Below, piece after piece: positions 10,776 through 24,102 of a stretch of DNA of 64,000 bases (positions within the stretch are counted from its first letter, which is position 1; every line of letters starts with the position of its first letter). The stretch is taken from positions 10,294,001 to 10,358,000 of the forward strand of contig NW_024704742.1 of assembly GCF_018977255.1 (NCBI RefSeq), read 5' to 3'. The stretch is from Callorhinchus milii. Taxonomy: Eukaryota. The notes under the pieces were generated by a model. It saw only the letters and a program-made list of their open reading frames with translations, searched no databases and was not told where the DNA came from. Position numbers and translations under genes: made by a program.

Positions 10776-12050
10776 TATTCCTTCTTCAAACCCCTCCATT
10801 CCGGCTTCCGCGTTGCCCACAGCATGGAAACAGCCCTGGTCAAAATCACTAATGACATTCTGAACATCTATAATCAGGACTCCCTCTGCCTCCTTGTCCT
10901 CCTCGACCTCTCTACCGCCTTCGACACTGTCCACCACTCCATCCTTATACACCACCTCTCCGCTTTATTCAATCTTCATGGGCTTTGTCCTTGGCCCTCT
11001 CCTCTTTAATATCTACGTGCTCCCCCTTGGTGAACATCATCCGCAGACATGGGGTCAACTTCCACATGTATGCGGATGACACCCAACTCTATCTTTCTGC
11101 CTCCACCCTCAACTCCAGGACCACTGCTGTCCTGACAGACTGTCTGTCGGACATCAAGTCCTGGATGAGGGTAAATTTTGTGCAGTTGAATGTGAACAAG
11201 ATTGAGGCCCTCCTGATTGGCTCACGCCAGCGCCTCAGCACCTCAGGCTCTGGCAACATCAACCTCCACGGTTTCACACCTCAACTCACCAAACCAGTCA
11301 CGAACCTAGGTGTCTTGTTCAATCCTCAACTATCTTTTCTTCCCCACATCCAAACCATGACCCACTCTGCCTTCCCTCACCTCCTTAACATCACCCGACT
11401 CCGCCACTACCTCACCCCTCAGGCCGCTGAAACTCTTGTTCATGCCTTCGACATCTCCAGGCTCGACTATGCAAACTTCCTGCTTATCGGCCTTCCCAAC
11501 TCCTCCCTCCACAGGCTGCAGATAATCCAGAACTCTGCAGCCGTATCCTCTCCCGCACCAAACTCCATGACCCCATCTCCCCCACTCTCGCGCGACTCCA
11601 TTGGCTCCCTATCCTACAGAGGATCCAGGTCAAGATCCTGGTCCTCACCTACAAAGCCCTCAATGGTCTCACCCCACCCCATCTCTGTGACCTCCTAACC
11701 CCCTACCAACCCGCCCGCTCCCTTGGCTCAGCCAGCTCTGGCCTGCTCCACGTCTCCCGACCCACCCGCCCCACCACTGACGGGAGAGCCTTCGGCTACT
11801 CTGCCCCCAACCTCTGGAACTCCATCCCCCAATCACTCCGCCTCGCCCCCTCCTAAGCCTCCTTCAAGTTCCGCCTCAAAACCCTCCTCTTCGACCATGC
11901 CATTGGTCACCCTCCTTCCCCTCCCCTCCCTTCTCCCCCCCCGACCCCAGCTCGGGTCTGAAATGCTGTACACACTCTCCAGCGCCTTGGGACGTTGTCC
12001 CGACGTGAAAGGCGCTATACAAATGTAATCTTTTTGTTATTGTATTTGCT
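10776..12050 (+). mobile_element. L2 LINE, 5'-truncated (RT to 3' tail)
   Basis: QSGFR-like [43 protein letters not shown]; 3' gggacgttgtcccgacgtgaaaggcgctatacaaatg tail. Confidence 0.93.
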
Positions 12051-12209
12051 GTTGAAATGATTGCATTGCCAGAGAAAGCCAGAGCAACCTTGAGAAACAA
12101 AGACAAAGCAGCTTGCGTCAATGTTCAATTTAGACTGAGATGCTGAAACTACATCTGAAACTATTGGTAATTTCATATTTCATTTATTTATTTTGTTTTA
12201 ATAATACTA

Positions 12210-12727
12210 GTAATCCTTACATTTGATATAGCAGCTTATCACATCGTTGAGATGTCTCAAAGCGCTTCACAGGATATACTCTACAGTGAATTGACTACAT
12301 ATTTTGTGGGTGAATCGCAGCAGCCAATTGTGCGCAGCAGTGTCCCACAAACAGTCATGGATTGAGTGACCAATTTATTATTAGTAGTAGTGGTTTTGAA
12401 GAAATTATTACCCGCGGAAAAGCAATCCACCAATCCACTAGCAATTGAGTGACCAAATTATTAATTTTTCAAATTTATTTTGTTGGAGGGATTATTACTC
12501 CCAGAAAGCAACCCACCAATAGCGTATATGATTGCATGTCATTTCCTGAGCATTGAGGATTTTGTCTCCAGTGCCAGCAACAAATGGGTTCCTACTTACT
12601 GCTAGGTAAACAGAGACTTGTGTGTGGAGTGAGGAAACTTGCCTAAGGTTACGCCTTGCCCTGGGAATCGATGCCGCGTCCCATCACTTGCTAGGTGAGT
12701 GCTCCAACCAATAAGCTACAGGACTCC
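12210..12727 (-). mobile_element. SINE family A, chimeric copy with duplicated middle segment
   Basis: Tail at 12210, head at 12727; the attgagtgacc...ccaccaat block occurs twice (from about 12361 and 12443). Confidence 0.8.
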
Positions 12728-13595
12728 ATTGTATCTTTTACTTGGTCCTTTACATTCTGTGCTGAATATATATATACATATAGAAAGGGAGAGAGAGTAT
12801 TTTACGTATGGTAATTAAACTATTACAATTGGAAAATCTCCATTTTGTGGAGATTATTGATCTTTTCACCTGTCTAAGTGCGGTGATTATGAAACAAAAT
12901 CCTGGATTGCAAACTCTCCATGTTGGACCAGTTTTAGTGTGCAGTTTTGGTTTGGGGATGGAAGGTTACAGGACACACATCTGTGGTCAGGTTTGCTCAG
13001 AAACCTGGCAGCTTTGCATAGGCAAACAGCAGGTTCGTTTTGCTGATACCTCATGTTTGTGGCATTAAACTTCTATATAGGAGCCCAAGCGAATCAATGG
13101 ATGTATTGTATTAAACAGTATTGCACTATGATAGTGTGCACGTAAATAACAGGCGTCATACTGCTTGATGATAATCACTGGCTAGGCTCAGACACAACGA
13201 GTAGCCACTTAATTGAACTGATTAGCAGTCTGGTACCTATGGAACCAAACAGCAATAGAGTACATCAGGAGAGGAAATAGAATATATGACAAAATGTGTG
13301 GGTTTAATGAAATGAACCACCTGTTGAGTCGGGCCAACAGTTCACTTTTTCCTCCAGTGGCAGTAAGCTATTAGACCGGATGTCACTCAATAATTGATTT
13401 GCTAGTACACTACTGCGCCCAACAATACATCTCATTCATGCTGTAACATTATTGTTCCCTGCAAACAAGCTCCAAAATATAAGCTCCTTGTCATGACACT
13501 GTGTACTTACATGTGCCTGCATTATAATAATAAACCTTGCATTTGATATATTTACGTACTTTAATATACGTATATTTAATAATCCTTGCATTTGT

Positions 13596-13908
13596 GGAGT
13601 CCTGTAGCTCAGTGGTTAGAGCACTCGCTTTGCAAGTGAGAGACCTGAGTTCAATTCCAGGCAGGGCGAAACCTGGGCAAGTTTCCTTACTCCACACAGA
13701 GCCTAATAATAATCCCTCCAAAAAAAACAATAATAAATTGGTCATTTTCAATCCATGATTGTTTGTGGGACATTGCTGTGCGCAATTGGCTGCCGCGTTC
13801 GCCCACAAATATACAGTCAATCCACTTTACAGTGTGTTCTGTGAAGCACTTTGGGACGTCCTCCCGACGTGAAAAGTGCTATATCAAATGCAAGGATTAT
13901 TATTATTA
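13596..13908 (+). mobile_element. Short SINE variant (central deletion, L2-type loop) nested in a minus-strand SINE tail
   Basis: Family A head, ccacacagagcc|taataataatcc junction, 3' gggacgtcctcccgacgtgaaaag; host SINE is split as ...ccttgcatttg / atagcgccttatcacg... Confidence 0.85.
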
Positions 13909-14199
13909 TAGCGCCTTATCACGTCTTTGAGGTGTCTCAAAGCGCTTCATAGAATATACTGTAAAGCATAGTGACTATGCATTTTGTAGGCAAAATATGT
14001 CAGCGCATTGCACACTAGTTGGCAAACATATTACATATTCCACCGTTGAATTCTTCTCCCATTCTAAGCCAGGTAAGGTGTGAACTGTACCAGGTTGGAT
14101 TGTTCAATTACACCATCTCTCAGTTGGTATTGCTTCCATAAAGTTGTTTCAATTTTCCAAGGGGAATCTCCATGAAACCATCAAGTTAGAGCAAGAAAG

Positions 14200-14550
14200 T
14201 GGAGTCCTGTAGCTTAGTGGTTAGAGCGTTCGCCTCACAAGCAAGAGACCTGGGTTTGATTCCTGGAAGGGCAAAACGTTGGGCAAGTTTCCTTAGTGCA
14301 CACGCTCTGTTTACCTAGCAGTAGGTAAGAACCCGGTTGTTAGTCGATTGGTAGATTGCTTTTCCAGTGGTAGTAATTTCTTCAACAACAAAAAAAAAAA
14401 ATTTGGTCACTCAATCCACGACTGTTTGTGGGACACCACCGTGTGCAATTGGCTGCCGTGTTTACAGTCAATTCACTTTACAGTAATGCTTTGAGACGTC
14501 TCAAGTTCGTGATAAGGCGCTGTATCAAATGCAAGAATTATTAATATTAT
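14200..14550 (+). mobile_element. SINE family A, near full length
   Basis: Head ggagtcctgtagcttagtggttagagcgttcgcctcacaagc through to the tail. Confidence 0.9.
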
Positions 14551-15091
14551 AAACTGCTTCTCTCCTAACTCACATTCATCCCACTCAAAAAGAAAACTAC
14601 AAGGCTCCTCTGAAAACTAGGTAATGGGAAATAGGGTCCACAAATCCCTAACTGTTACGAATATAAAATAATCTTTCACCAATTCACTCAGTAATCAACC
14701 GAGTCAAAACGGGCATTACAATAAAGAGGGTTAAAGGCCACCTGGATAAATTCTAAACAGTAATCCCAATGCTACAAAAAAAACTGCTGAACACCGTCAG
14801 ATTCTTCACACATTTATTTGCAATGATTGGCTGCAAATAACACGCACTTCGAACCTATTAAAACAATTTGATTCTTTGAAGAGAAAAGGAGATGAAGAAT
14901 AAGTAAGGGTTCCATTGCAACATTGTTTCCCCACTCTACTCTGCTTCATTTTAAATGAGGTTGCCAAAAATTAGAGCGGGTGCAGCAAGCTAATTTAAAC
15001 CCAGATATAATGGATTAAGACAAGGAAGCGATTTCTTCTTCTACGTCTAGCATATTCAGGTGTGTGCCCTGCCTTCTGAGAGCACAGGTGA

Positions 15092-15400
15092 AAACAACAA
15101 CAAAAATTACATTTGTACCACGTCTTTCACATCAGGAAGATGTCTCAAGGTGCTGGACAGTCAGGGATCAGGAGGGGTGGAGGGCAGGGAGGGTAGGAGG
15201 GTGACCGAGGTGGAATGTTTGAAGAGGAGGGTCTTGAGACGGGTCTTGAAGGAGGCAAGGGAGGGAGCGAGGTGAAGGAACTGTGGGATGGAGTTCCAGA
15301 GGGTGGGGGACAGAGAAACTGAAGGCCCGACCGCAAATGGTGGTGGTGGTGGGAAGAGACGTGGAGTAGGCTGGAGCCTGCTGAGAGGAGGGAGCGGACA
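15092..15400 (-). mobile_element. L2 3' fragment
   Basis: LWNSIPQFLHLAPSLASFKTRLKTLLF plus (TTG)n tail. Confidence 0.85.
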
Positions 15401-16208
15401 GGTCAATATGAATAAACACAGCATTATGACAATACTGCAAGAAGTTGTAGCCATCAATGTTAAACAACAGAGCCCAACACATAGCAATTTGTGCTGGGAG
15501 CTCTCAGCAATGATCCCACTGGGGCCTCCCTTTCAACACTAATTGATCTGCAATTTCCAAATCCCACTGTGACAACTGTGCACAATTGGTTGCTGAGTAC
15601 ACAGGATGCACAGTCAATCCATTTTGCAGTAATATGCTGCACAGCGCTTTGAGACGTCTCAACGATGTGATAACAAATGCAAGGATTATTATTATTATTA
15701 TTTTCTTACAAAAGGCAGTCACCGCACATGCTGGTAATTATTGTGAGGTGCTTTGACAGGCATATCATCTATGCTGCAAAAATGCAAATTCTTCGCTTCT
15801 TTTTGCTAACGATTTTTAAAAGCCAAACGCCAGATTGTAAAGCTCCAGTGTGCACTGCAATCACTCTCTCTGGTACTGTTTGTGAGCTTTTCTATTGTTA
15901 TTGCACATTGTAAAATTTTAAATTAGTGTGTGTGTGTGTTGGTCTGCTGAGACCAACAGCTGAGCTCCGACCTGCTGTGCCAAAAAAAGGCAAAAAGTGG
16001 GTCATTCCCAAGACACCCCAGCAGGCATGTTCTTAATCTCACCCATGTGGTAGGTTGGGGCTACAGGCAGAAGCCAGGAGTTGTTTTTGACAGAAAGGAA
16101 ATGAAAATCAGAGCCCCCGAGACTGCTATCATACACCTCCTAGCAGCCAGTCATAGAGATTAAGTCCTATGTGCTCTTAGCTGTGAATGGTGTGTGGAAC
16201 TGAGAGAC

Positions 16209-16447
16209 TATAATAATAATAATAATCCTTGCATTTGATATAGCGCCTTATCACATCTTCGAGACGTCTCATTATTACCCCCGGAAAAGCGATCCGTCAA
16301 TGGACTAACAACCGGGCTCCTACTTACTGCTTGGTAAACAGGAGTGTGGAGTAAGGAAATTTGCCCAAAGTTTCATCCTGCCCTGGAATCAAACCTGGGT
16401 CTCTCACTTGTGAGTCGAGTGCTCTAACCACTGAGTTACAGGACTCC
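16209..16447 (-). mobile_element. SINE family A with internal deletion
   Basis: Tail joined at gagacgtctc|attattacccc to the 5' half and head. Confidence 0.85.
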
Positions 16448-17209
16448 ACAAAAGAGGCAATGTGGAAGGTGGGTGGGGGTGGGGGGGGGAACGATGACCA
16501 TAAATTCCTACAGTTAACTGGAGCATGACTTTAATGAAGCTCTACATTTCTTACAAAATTTATTCTAGAATTAACTGTACTTGTGCCAGAGAAACGTTGT
16601 GAATTGTAGCCTCCAACATGACCCCATTCTGAGCCATAGATTATACCTGCTCATGAAACCATGCAGCCACAGCGTGAAATAATAGTTTTGTGAAACTGGG
16701 TCTTATTGATTAGTTTGGATTCAAGTGTTTCATTACGTTACTTCAAGGGTTCAATTTTTTTTGCTAAATAATACTCCACACATAGCAGATTTTTCCCCTC
16801 TGCTATTTGTTTTTGAATTCACCAAATTAGATTGGGAACTTTTGTTTTATGCTTTTCATTGAAAGACAAACATTCGCTCTATTAAAGAAAATGAGAAAAT
16901 GCTGCAAATACACAACAGCTAGATCAGCATCTTGGTGGCTCACTTCACAGCTATTTGTGATGTGCAAACTGGCTCCCATTTTTACCTGAAAATAACGCAT
17001 TACAGAAAATCCTGTGAAGTGCTTTGAAATGGTTCGATGACATAAGGTGCTATATCAAATGTAAGGTATATGTTTACCGATTTATTTACCACTCTATTTC
17101 TGTAAAACTTCTGATGTGACAATTATCACAGGTTATAATTGACACGTGGACAAAAAAGGTGATTGAAAACAGTAAAGAGATGATGACACAGCACCTACTT
17201 CCCTCACAT

Positions 17210-17695
17210 GAGATGGTGCGGGGGCTGGAGAAGGCGTTTGTGGAGACAAAATGGAGATGGTGTGAGAGGTAGGATCTGAACCACTCAAGGACAGACCACA
17301 AAGGTTGAGGTGAGAGGAGAGGCAATGGAGGAGGATACAGTGGTCAATAGTATCAAAGGCAGCAGAGAGGTCAAGCAGGACGAAGAGGCAGAGGGAGCCT
17401 TGGTCACCGATGGACAAAATGTCATTTGTTACTTTGACCAGGGCTGTTTCTGTGTTGTGCGTAGCACCGATACTCGATTGGAGGGGTTCGTAGAGGGAGT
17501 GCAGGAGAGGAAGGAGCGAAGCTGGGAAGCAATGACTCATTCAAGGACCTTGGAAAGGAAAGGGAGGTTGGAGATGGGGCAGTAATTGGAGAGCAGGGAT
17601 GGGTCCAGGGAAGGTTTTTTGAGGATAGGAGGGATGACGGCTGTTTTTAAGGGGGTGGGAATGGTGCTCGTGGACAGGGAGAGGTTGATGAGGTC
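17210..17695 (-). mobile_element. L2 internal RT fragment
   Basis: [15 protein letters not shown]...[14 protein letters not shown]. Confidence 0.88.
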
Positions 17696-18953
17696 ATTAT
17701 AGAGCTCAGCTCTATGTAATCACAGAGCTCTTTAGTAATCTTACAGCTCAGCATTTCAGGGCTGCTTAAATGTGACATTGGCTTAATTATCACGTTACAA
17801 GTCCCTTCCCTATGATGAAGAATTTGAAAGTAAACTTAACTTTAAGTTAACTTTAACTTTGTGGACTGCCAGAAAAAAATGTCTAGTTCTTCGGCAAACA
17901 AATCACATATGTTCATACATAATGCCTTCCCTGCTAAACATGGAGCTCCTCACACACAATTCTTCAGGTGGACTAGGAGCTATCTCAAACACCATTTCCC
18001 TTTATCAGCAAGAGCTTAGAGATGTACGATGGGGAGAAAATGGAAGAAAGAAAGGCAACAAGGAACATGTTTCAAAGGATCTACCGTAAATTGGCATAAG
18101 TCTGTTAAGGAATTGAAGTGAAATCAACTTCAATGCCAGGACAAGTGAATTAGAATGGCTTTTCCAAGCTGAATTTCCAGCCTCATTGCTCGTGGAACAA
18201 ATCGAACTTCATTATGTTCCCAGCCACACACCAACAACAAAATTACATTTATATAGCACCTTTCATGTTGGGAGGACATCCCAAGGCACACACATGATCA
18301 AATAGGCTAGAGTAAATATTGTGATTTTTGTGATTTTTTTCTAGGCTTATGTTCCTGCAGGGTGTACTATATTACTGAACTTTACACTCAAATTTCAAGT
18401 TGGGGAACTGGCCTTGAATCATTCATCAAGGGTCAATAGACAACCAGATTTAAACATCAACCTAAACATATTAACAATAAAAGCAGTGAGATCAAGTTTG
18501 TTTTGAGTTCCTGATTTTTAAAAAAAAATCAAAATGCTTTTTCCTGCATTGCTTTCGCTATTATATTGCCAAAGTCGGCCAAAGGTCCTGTATAATCGAT
18601 CTCAAATATTCCTCTGCTCCGCATTCCCACCCCCACCAACTCCCACTTGTAGCCCCTACCATCAACAACAACAACTTGCATTTATATAGCATGCAGGGTA
18701 GCATCCCGGAGCTTTACCATCATTAAGAATTCAGAAGGGCAGAAAAACGCAACATGCAGATATCTGTCTGATATTATCAAATGTAGGAAGAGCGCATTTC
18801 GCTGAACTGATATATGAGAAGCCCAAAGGCAAGTGTTAATAAAGCTTTGAATTCTGGTGGTCAACCTTGGAGTTGTATAGCTATCTGACCTTGAAGGCCG
18901 ATCAGCTTCTATGGAACTGATTTTGGCAAGAGGCAGTGCGCCAAAACAAATTT

Positions 18954-19445
18954 GAGTCCTGTAGCTCAGTGGTTAGAGCACCCGCCTCACAAGCAAGAGG
19001 ACATGAGTTTGATTCCTGGCAGGGTAACATAACATAACAAGTAGGAGCAGGAGTAGGCCATTCAGCCCTTCGAGCCTGTCCCGCTATTCAATCATGGCTA
19101 ATCTAACTCCAGCGAATAACCTGACCCTGCCTTATCCCCATATCCCTTAATCCCTTTTGCAATAAGAAATCTATCCAATTCAGTCTTGAGGGTGAAACGT
19201 AAGGCAAGTTTCCTTACTCCAAATGCCTCTCTTTACCTAGCAGTAAGTAAGAACCCCTTCGTTATTCAATTAGCAGATTGCTTTTCCTGGGGTAATAATC
19301 CTTTCCAAATTTTTTTTTAATAAATAAGAGTAAATTGGTATCTCATTCCAGGACTGTTTGTGGGACACTGCTGTGCACAATTAGCTGCCAGGCTTCGCCC
19401 ACAAAATATACAGTCAATTCACTTTACATTATATTCTGTGATTGT
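18954..19445 (+). mobile_element. SINE family A interrupted by a minus-strand CR1 tail (19026-19188)
   Basis: SINE split at ggcagggt|...|agggtgaaacg; insert is aacataac...gtaggccattcagcccttcgagcctg, the reverse complement of the CR1 3' end. Confidence 0.85.
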
Positions 19446-19759
19446 GGAGAATAGAATTTTCTGAATTCCGAATTAAAATACCGACTTTCTTCTACCAGTA
19501 CTCTGTGAAGCAGCTCTCAGGTATCTCCTCCGGAGTCAATAAAGGATGTATTGTTTACTTCACTATTAAGGACACAAAAAAATCCAGGTCCCATGACCAC
19601 CCATCCAAGATAGTGGGCAAACAATTTTGAAAAGATTCAACAAACCATTGTGCCAAAGTTGTGGTTGTGGTGGGGAAAGGTGGGAATGATTTCTCCCCAA
19701 TGTTAATTGAAAACAAATTTTGATCTTAAATTTTCAAGTAAGTGATAAATTGTTATAAT

Positions 19760-20120
19760 TATATAGTGCCTTTTCATGTTGAGAAGCATTTCACAGGATT
19801 TACTGTAAAATGGAGTGACTGTGTATTTTGTGGGTGAAAAGTGGCAGCCAGTTGTGCAGAGTAATGTCCCACAAACAGCCTTGGAGTAAGTGACCAATTT
19901 TATTTGGGGGATTGTTGGCCAGGACACCGGGAGAGAGAAACTCCCATCTCTTTTCAAATAGTACCATGCAATCTTTAACATCCACCTGAACAGAAAGATA
20001 GGACCTTGGTTTAACATCCTCCCAGCTCTGTATTGGAATCTCAGCTTGGACTATGTGTTTCCAAGTCCCAATGTGTGGCTCGAAGACACAACTTCTGATC
20101 ACTGAGCCAAGCTGACACAC
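19760..20120 (-). mobile_element. DeuSINE-like element (SacSINE1/AmnSINE1-type central domain)
   Basis: Minus strand has gttcaggtggatgttaaagattgcatggtactatttgaa...cccggtgtcctggccaac, resembling the Deu domain as I recall it, followed by the same tail as family A. Related copies at about 35535-35730 (+), 46755-47022 (+) and 56828-57065 (-). Confidence 0.72.
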
Positions 20121-20147
20121 ATTAATTAACATTGTTCCTTAATTGTG

Positions 20148-20506
20148 AAGTCCTGTAGCTCAGTGGTTAGAGCACTCGCCTCACAAGCGATAGACGTGGG
20201 TTCGATTCCTGGACAAAGCGAAACATTGGGCAGGTTTCCTTACTCCACAGGCTTCTGTTTATCTAGCAGTAAGTAGGAATCCGGTTGTTAGTGGTTTGAC
20301 AGATCGCTTTTCCGGGGGTAATAATTCCTTAAAAAAAATACAATAAATTGGTCACTCAATCCACGACTGTATGTGGGACTCAGTTATGCGCAATTGGCTG
20401 CTGCATTTCGCCCAGAAAAAAAAGTCAATTCACTTTACAGTATATTCTGTGAAGCGCTTTGAGATGATAAGTTGCCATATGAAAGCAAGGATTATTATTA
20501 TTATTA
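20148..20506 (+). mobile_element. SINE family A, full length
   Basis: Intact A box and B box (ggttcgattcc); anticodon-like arm ctcgc-ctcacaa-gcga; (ATT)n tail. Confidence 0.9.
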
Positions 20507-22159
20507 AGAAACATCATTATTTGAAGAACAGCATGCACTTAAGATAATTAAAACATAATTTCCTACCATTTTTTTTATCTTCCAGGACAACCTTGAGTTG
20601 AACAATAACTAGGACCCCAGAGATTGTATTAATTGAAGCTAATTCCCTGTCTGATTTGGGATAAGCCTTGACACAGAATCTGATACCCCATTCAGAGTAA
20701 CAGCTTCTGCCAATGAGATCCAAAAATGCAGTGTTGGTTAACATCCCATGGGCTAACCATCCTCACGTGTTCACAGTAATAATGTAATTGACCAATAAAA
20801 TAATAACAGAATCTATTGCAATTATTTTCATTGGTTAATTAAAATAATTAAGGACATCTTCATTCTGTCTTAAAAAGTAATGGAATATAATGATCAAGAA
20901 AAGGTCAGTGAATTATTGAATATAAGGTGAGGTGCTAGAAAACAATGGGTTTATGTTCAGGGCAGGGGAAGTGAGGGTTGAGATGGCTAAGTACTTTAAT
21001 TATCTTGAGATCTGCGTTACACATGAGATCAAGTCTTGACCCAAATTTTGTCATCTTCTGAAACTGCTGATTGTCGAAAAACCTGTCATTAGAAGGAAGA
21101 TGTGAGGCCCTCAGTCTATTAGCATTTTAGATTTAGTTTGCTAACAAGCACCTCTGTGATCAACCAATCGTGGATTGGAATTACTCCTTGTCTCTCCAGT
21201 GCTCAACTTGTATGACATTTGTAGAGGGACATTTGGAGGGAATAATAATCCCTCCAAAAACAAAAATAAATTGGTCATTTTCAATCCACGACTGTTTGTG
21301 GGACACGTATGTGCGCAATTGGCTGCCACGTTTCGCCCACAAATATACAGTCAATTCACTTTACAGCATATTCTGTGAAGAGCTTTGAGATGTCTAGAAG
21401 ACGTTAAGAGCACTATATCAAATGCAAGGATTATTATTGTTATTATTATTATTATAACTTTGAAGAGGAAATCATAGAAATGATGGCATAGAAAAGGCCA
21501 TCTGGTCTGTGTGCCTAATCTGGTGTTGATGCAACCAGTGGATTCAACAGTACTTTAATCCCAATTCTTTGTTATTTCACCTCATTATTCTTCAAACAGA
21601 TATCCAATTCCCATTTAATAAGGCTCAATATTCAATATGTTTTGCATTTACACAGTGTCCATAAGAGGAGTCGAAAGAAGGGACAAAAAGTGATATAATC
21701 ACAGTAACAGAGTTGTGGGGTGGGGGATGTCTCTGCTTAGGTTGTTGTTTCATATCAATTTTCCTCCAAGTGAATATGGTAAAATTTGTTCCCCTGCAAA
21801 ACACAGTCACTGCATTTCACAGTAAATTCTGTGAAGTCATTTGAGATGTCCTCCTGACGTAAAAGGTGTTGTACGAAATGCAATGATTATGTTTATATAA
21901 TAATAATTTGTCCTTCAATGTCAATAAAATGGGGTCTCATGTACAATATTCATAATAGGGCCATTAATTATGATCTCCGAAAGAGCCAAAATGCAAAAAT
22001 CCATCTTCTCTCAGCTGCCAGTTTTACTCTCTGGCCTTTATTCAAACATAGCAGATTATTTTCTCATACTTTCCTCCAAAACACCTGAGGGACATGTTAG
22101 ATGGAGTCAAAAGATGGTATGTTCAGAAAACATCATTATATGGTGTTCCTTAGTCAACA

Positions 22160-22540
22160 AACAATAACAACAACAATAAAATGACATTTGTATCGTGCCT
22201 TTCACGTCGGGAGGACGTCCCAAGGCGCTGGACAGACAGAGTTTCGGACCTGAGCTGGGGTTCGGGGTCGAGGAAGGTGGAGGGCAGGGGGGGAAGCAGG
22301 GAGACTGAAAACATGGTCGAAGAGGAGGGTCTTGAGATAGGTCTTGAAGGAGACAAGTGAGGGAGCGTGGCGGAGGGACTGCGGGATAGAGTTCCATAGG
22401 GTGGGGGCAGAGTTGTATCCTCTGTGTGGTGGGAAGTTGTAGAGTTGGGCGAGGATGGGGGTGATAGGATCACGGAGCCTGGTGCAGAGTCCTGGATAAT
22501 CTGCAGCCTATGGAGGGAGGAGTTGGGGAGACCGATAAGC
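22160..22540 (-). mobile_element. L2 3' fragment with internal deletions
   Basis: LIGLPNSSLHRLQIIQ plus canonical L2 tail. Confidence 0.85.
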
Positions 22541-23699
22541 AAAATAAATTAAAGTTAGCTAATCAGAAGCTGACTGATCAGGAGGTTGGCGGTGAGGGTG
22601 GGGAAGAAGAGGAAAGAGTAAGTGTACAGTAATAGATTTTTACCATCTTGGAATTGCATGTTTCAGACATCTCTCGGCTCAATGACAAAGCTCTCTGACA
22701 TTGTATAATGACACTTCTAACTGGCCAGGAGTGCTGGGACTATTGATAAACTATTCCAACAACAACAAGATTCCATTTATAGAGCGCCTTCCACAGCCAC
22801 AAGATCACTAATCTATGAGATCCACTTTAAAAACTTTACAGTGCGCTACAACATACATTATAATAAAATAATAATAATCCTTGTATTTGATATAGGGTCT
22901 TATCACATCTTCTAGATGTCTCAAAGTGCTTCACAGAATATACTGTAAAGTAAATTGATTGTATATTTTGTGGGTGAAACGTAGCAGCCAATTGCTCACA
23001 GCAGTGGCCCACAAACAGTCGCAGAATGAGGGCCCAAATTATTTGTATTTATATTGAAAGAATTATTTATTATTTATTAACAAAACTGATGAGCAGCATT
23101 AAAAGATGTGCTGCCAGAACATGGCATGACAGGTCAATGAAATGTGTGCTTATTTCCTTCTTGTACCTCACTCATTTACATTAATAGGATGCATTGCCTG
23201 CAACACACAAGAGCCTGGATTCATTAGCGAGATTTAACAATTCCGTTTGAATACTACATCATGATGTATAGTTCTCCCTCTTTCTCGGATTCAAAAACAC
23301 TACAACAGTTGACAGTTTTTTTGCTAGTCCTGTGATATATAGTATTTTCATGTGCACTAACGTAAACAATAAAAAAAGCAGAATCTGCCAGAGGTACTGA
23401 AGAATTCACCATTCCAAAGGGGCTCCACGCCTGACTGGAAAAACATTACCTTTCAAGTCCATCAGTAACAACTCTTTAATATTTCATACTCTCTACTTAC
23501 ATTCCAATGATATTGAGGATTCTGTAGATCTTTATGGCATCTCCACAGGACATGGAGCTACACATATTCCCCATTAAAAACAGCATCAGCCTAATGTAAA
23601 TCGCCTTCAAAGCTCTCCAAGGCCTTGCTCCTTCATACCTCAGTGATCTAATAGTGTATAATTTTTGATTTTTGAATCGTGCTTATGGTCAACTCCCCC

Positions 23700-24102
23700 T
23701 CCCTCTCCCCTGGCTCATTGGCAGACCACTGCGAAGCGCTCCGGGACACTACCCCGCATGAAGAATGCTATACAAATGCAAGTTGTTGTTATATCAATCT
23801 GTCCGCTCCCTCCCCTCAGCAGGCTCGGCAGTCGAGCGCTTCACTCTCTCTGCCCCCAATATTTGGAACTCCATCCCACAGTCTCTTTGCATCGCTCCCT
23901 CCGTTGCCTACTTTGAAGCACATCTCAAGACCCTCCCCTTCAACTGCGCTTTCGACCACCCTCCTATCCTTATCTTCCCTGGCCTCCACCCTCCAGAACC
24001 TGACCCCCAGCTCTGGTCTGAACTCCTGACCGTTCAGCACCTTGGGACATCCTCCTGCTCTGAAAGACGTGATACAAATGTAATTTGTTGTGGTGGTTGT
24101 TG
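23700..24102 (+). mobile_element. Two tandem L2 3' fragments (two tail types)
   Basis: First tail ends gctatacaaatgcaagttgttgtt at about 23790; second has WNSIPQSL..LKTL and ends tacaaatgtaatttgttgtggtgg. Confidence 0.8.

Noticed and set aside
20148..20225. tRNA-like sequences at SINE heads (many copies)
   Set aside because: Always fused to SINE body, lack a proper acceptor stem and are diverged; not tRNA genes.
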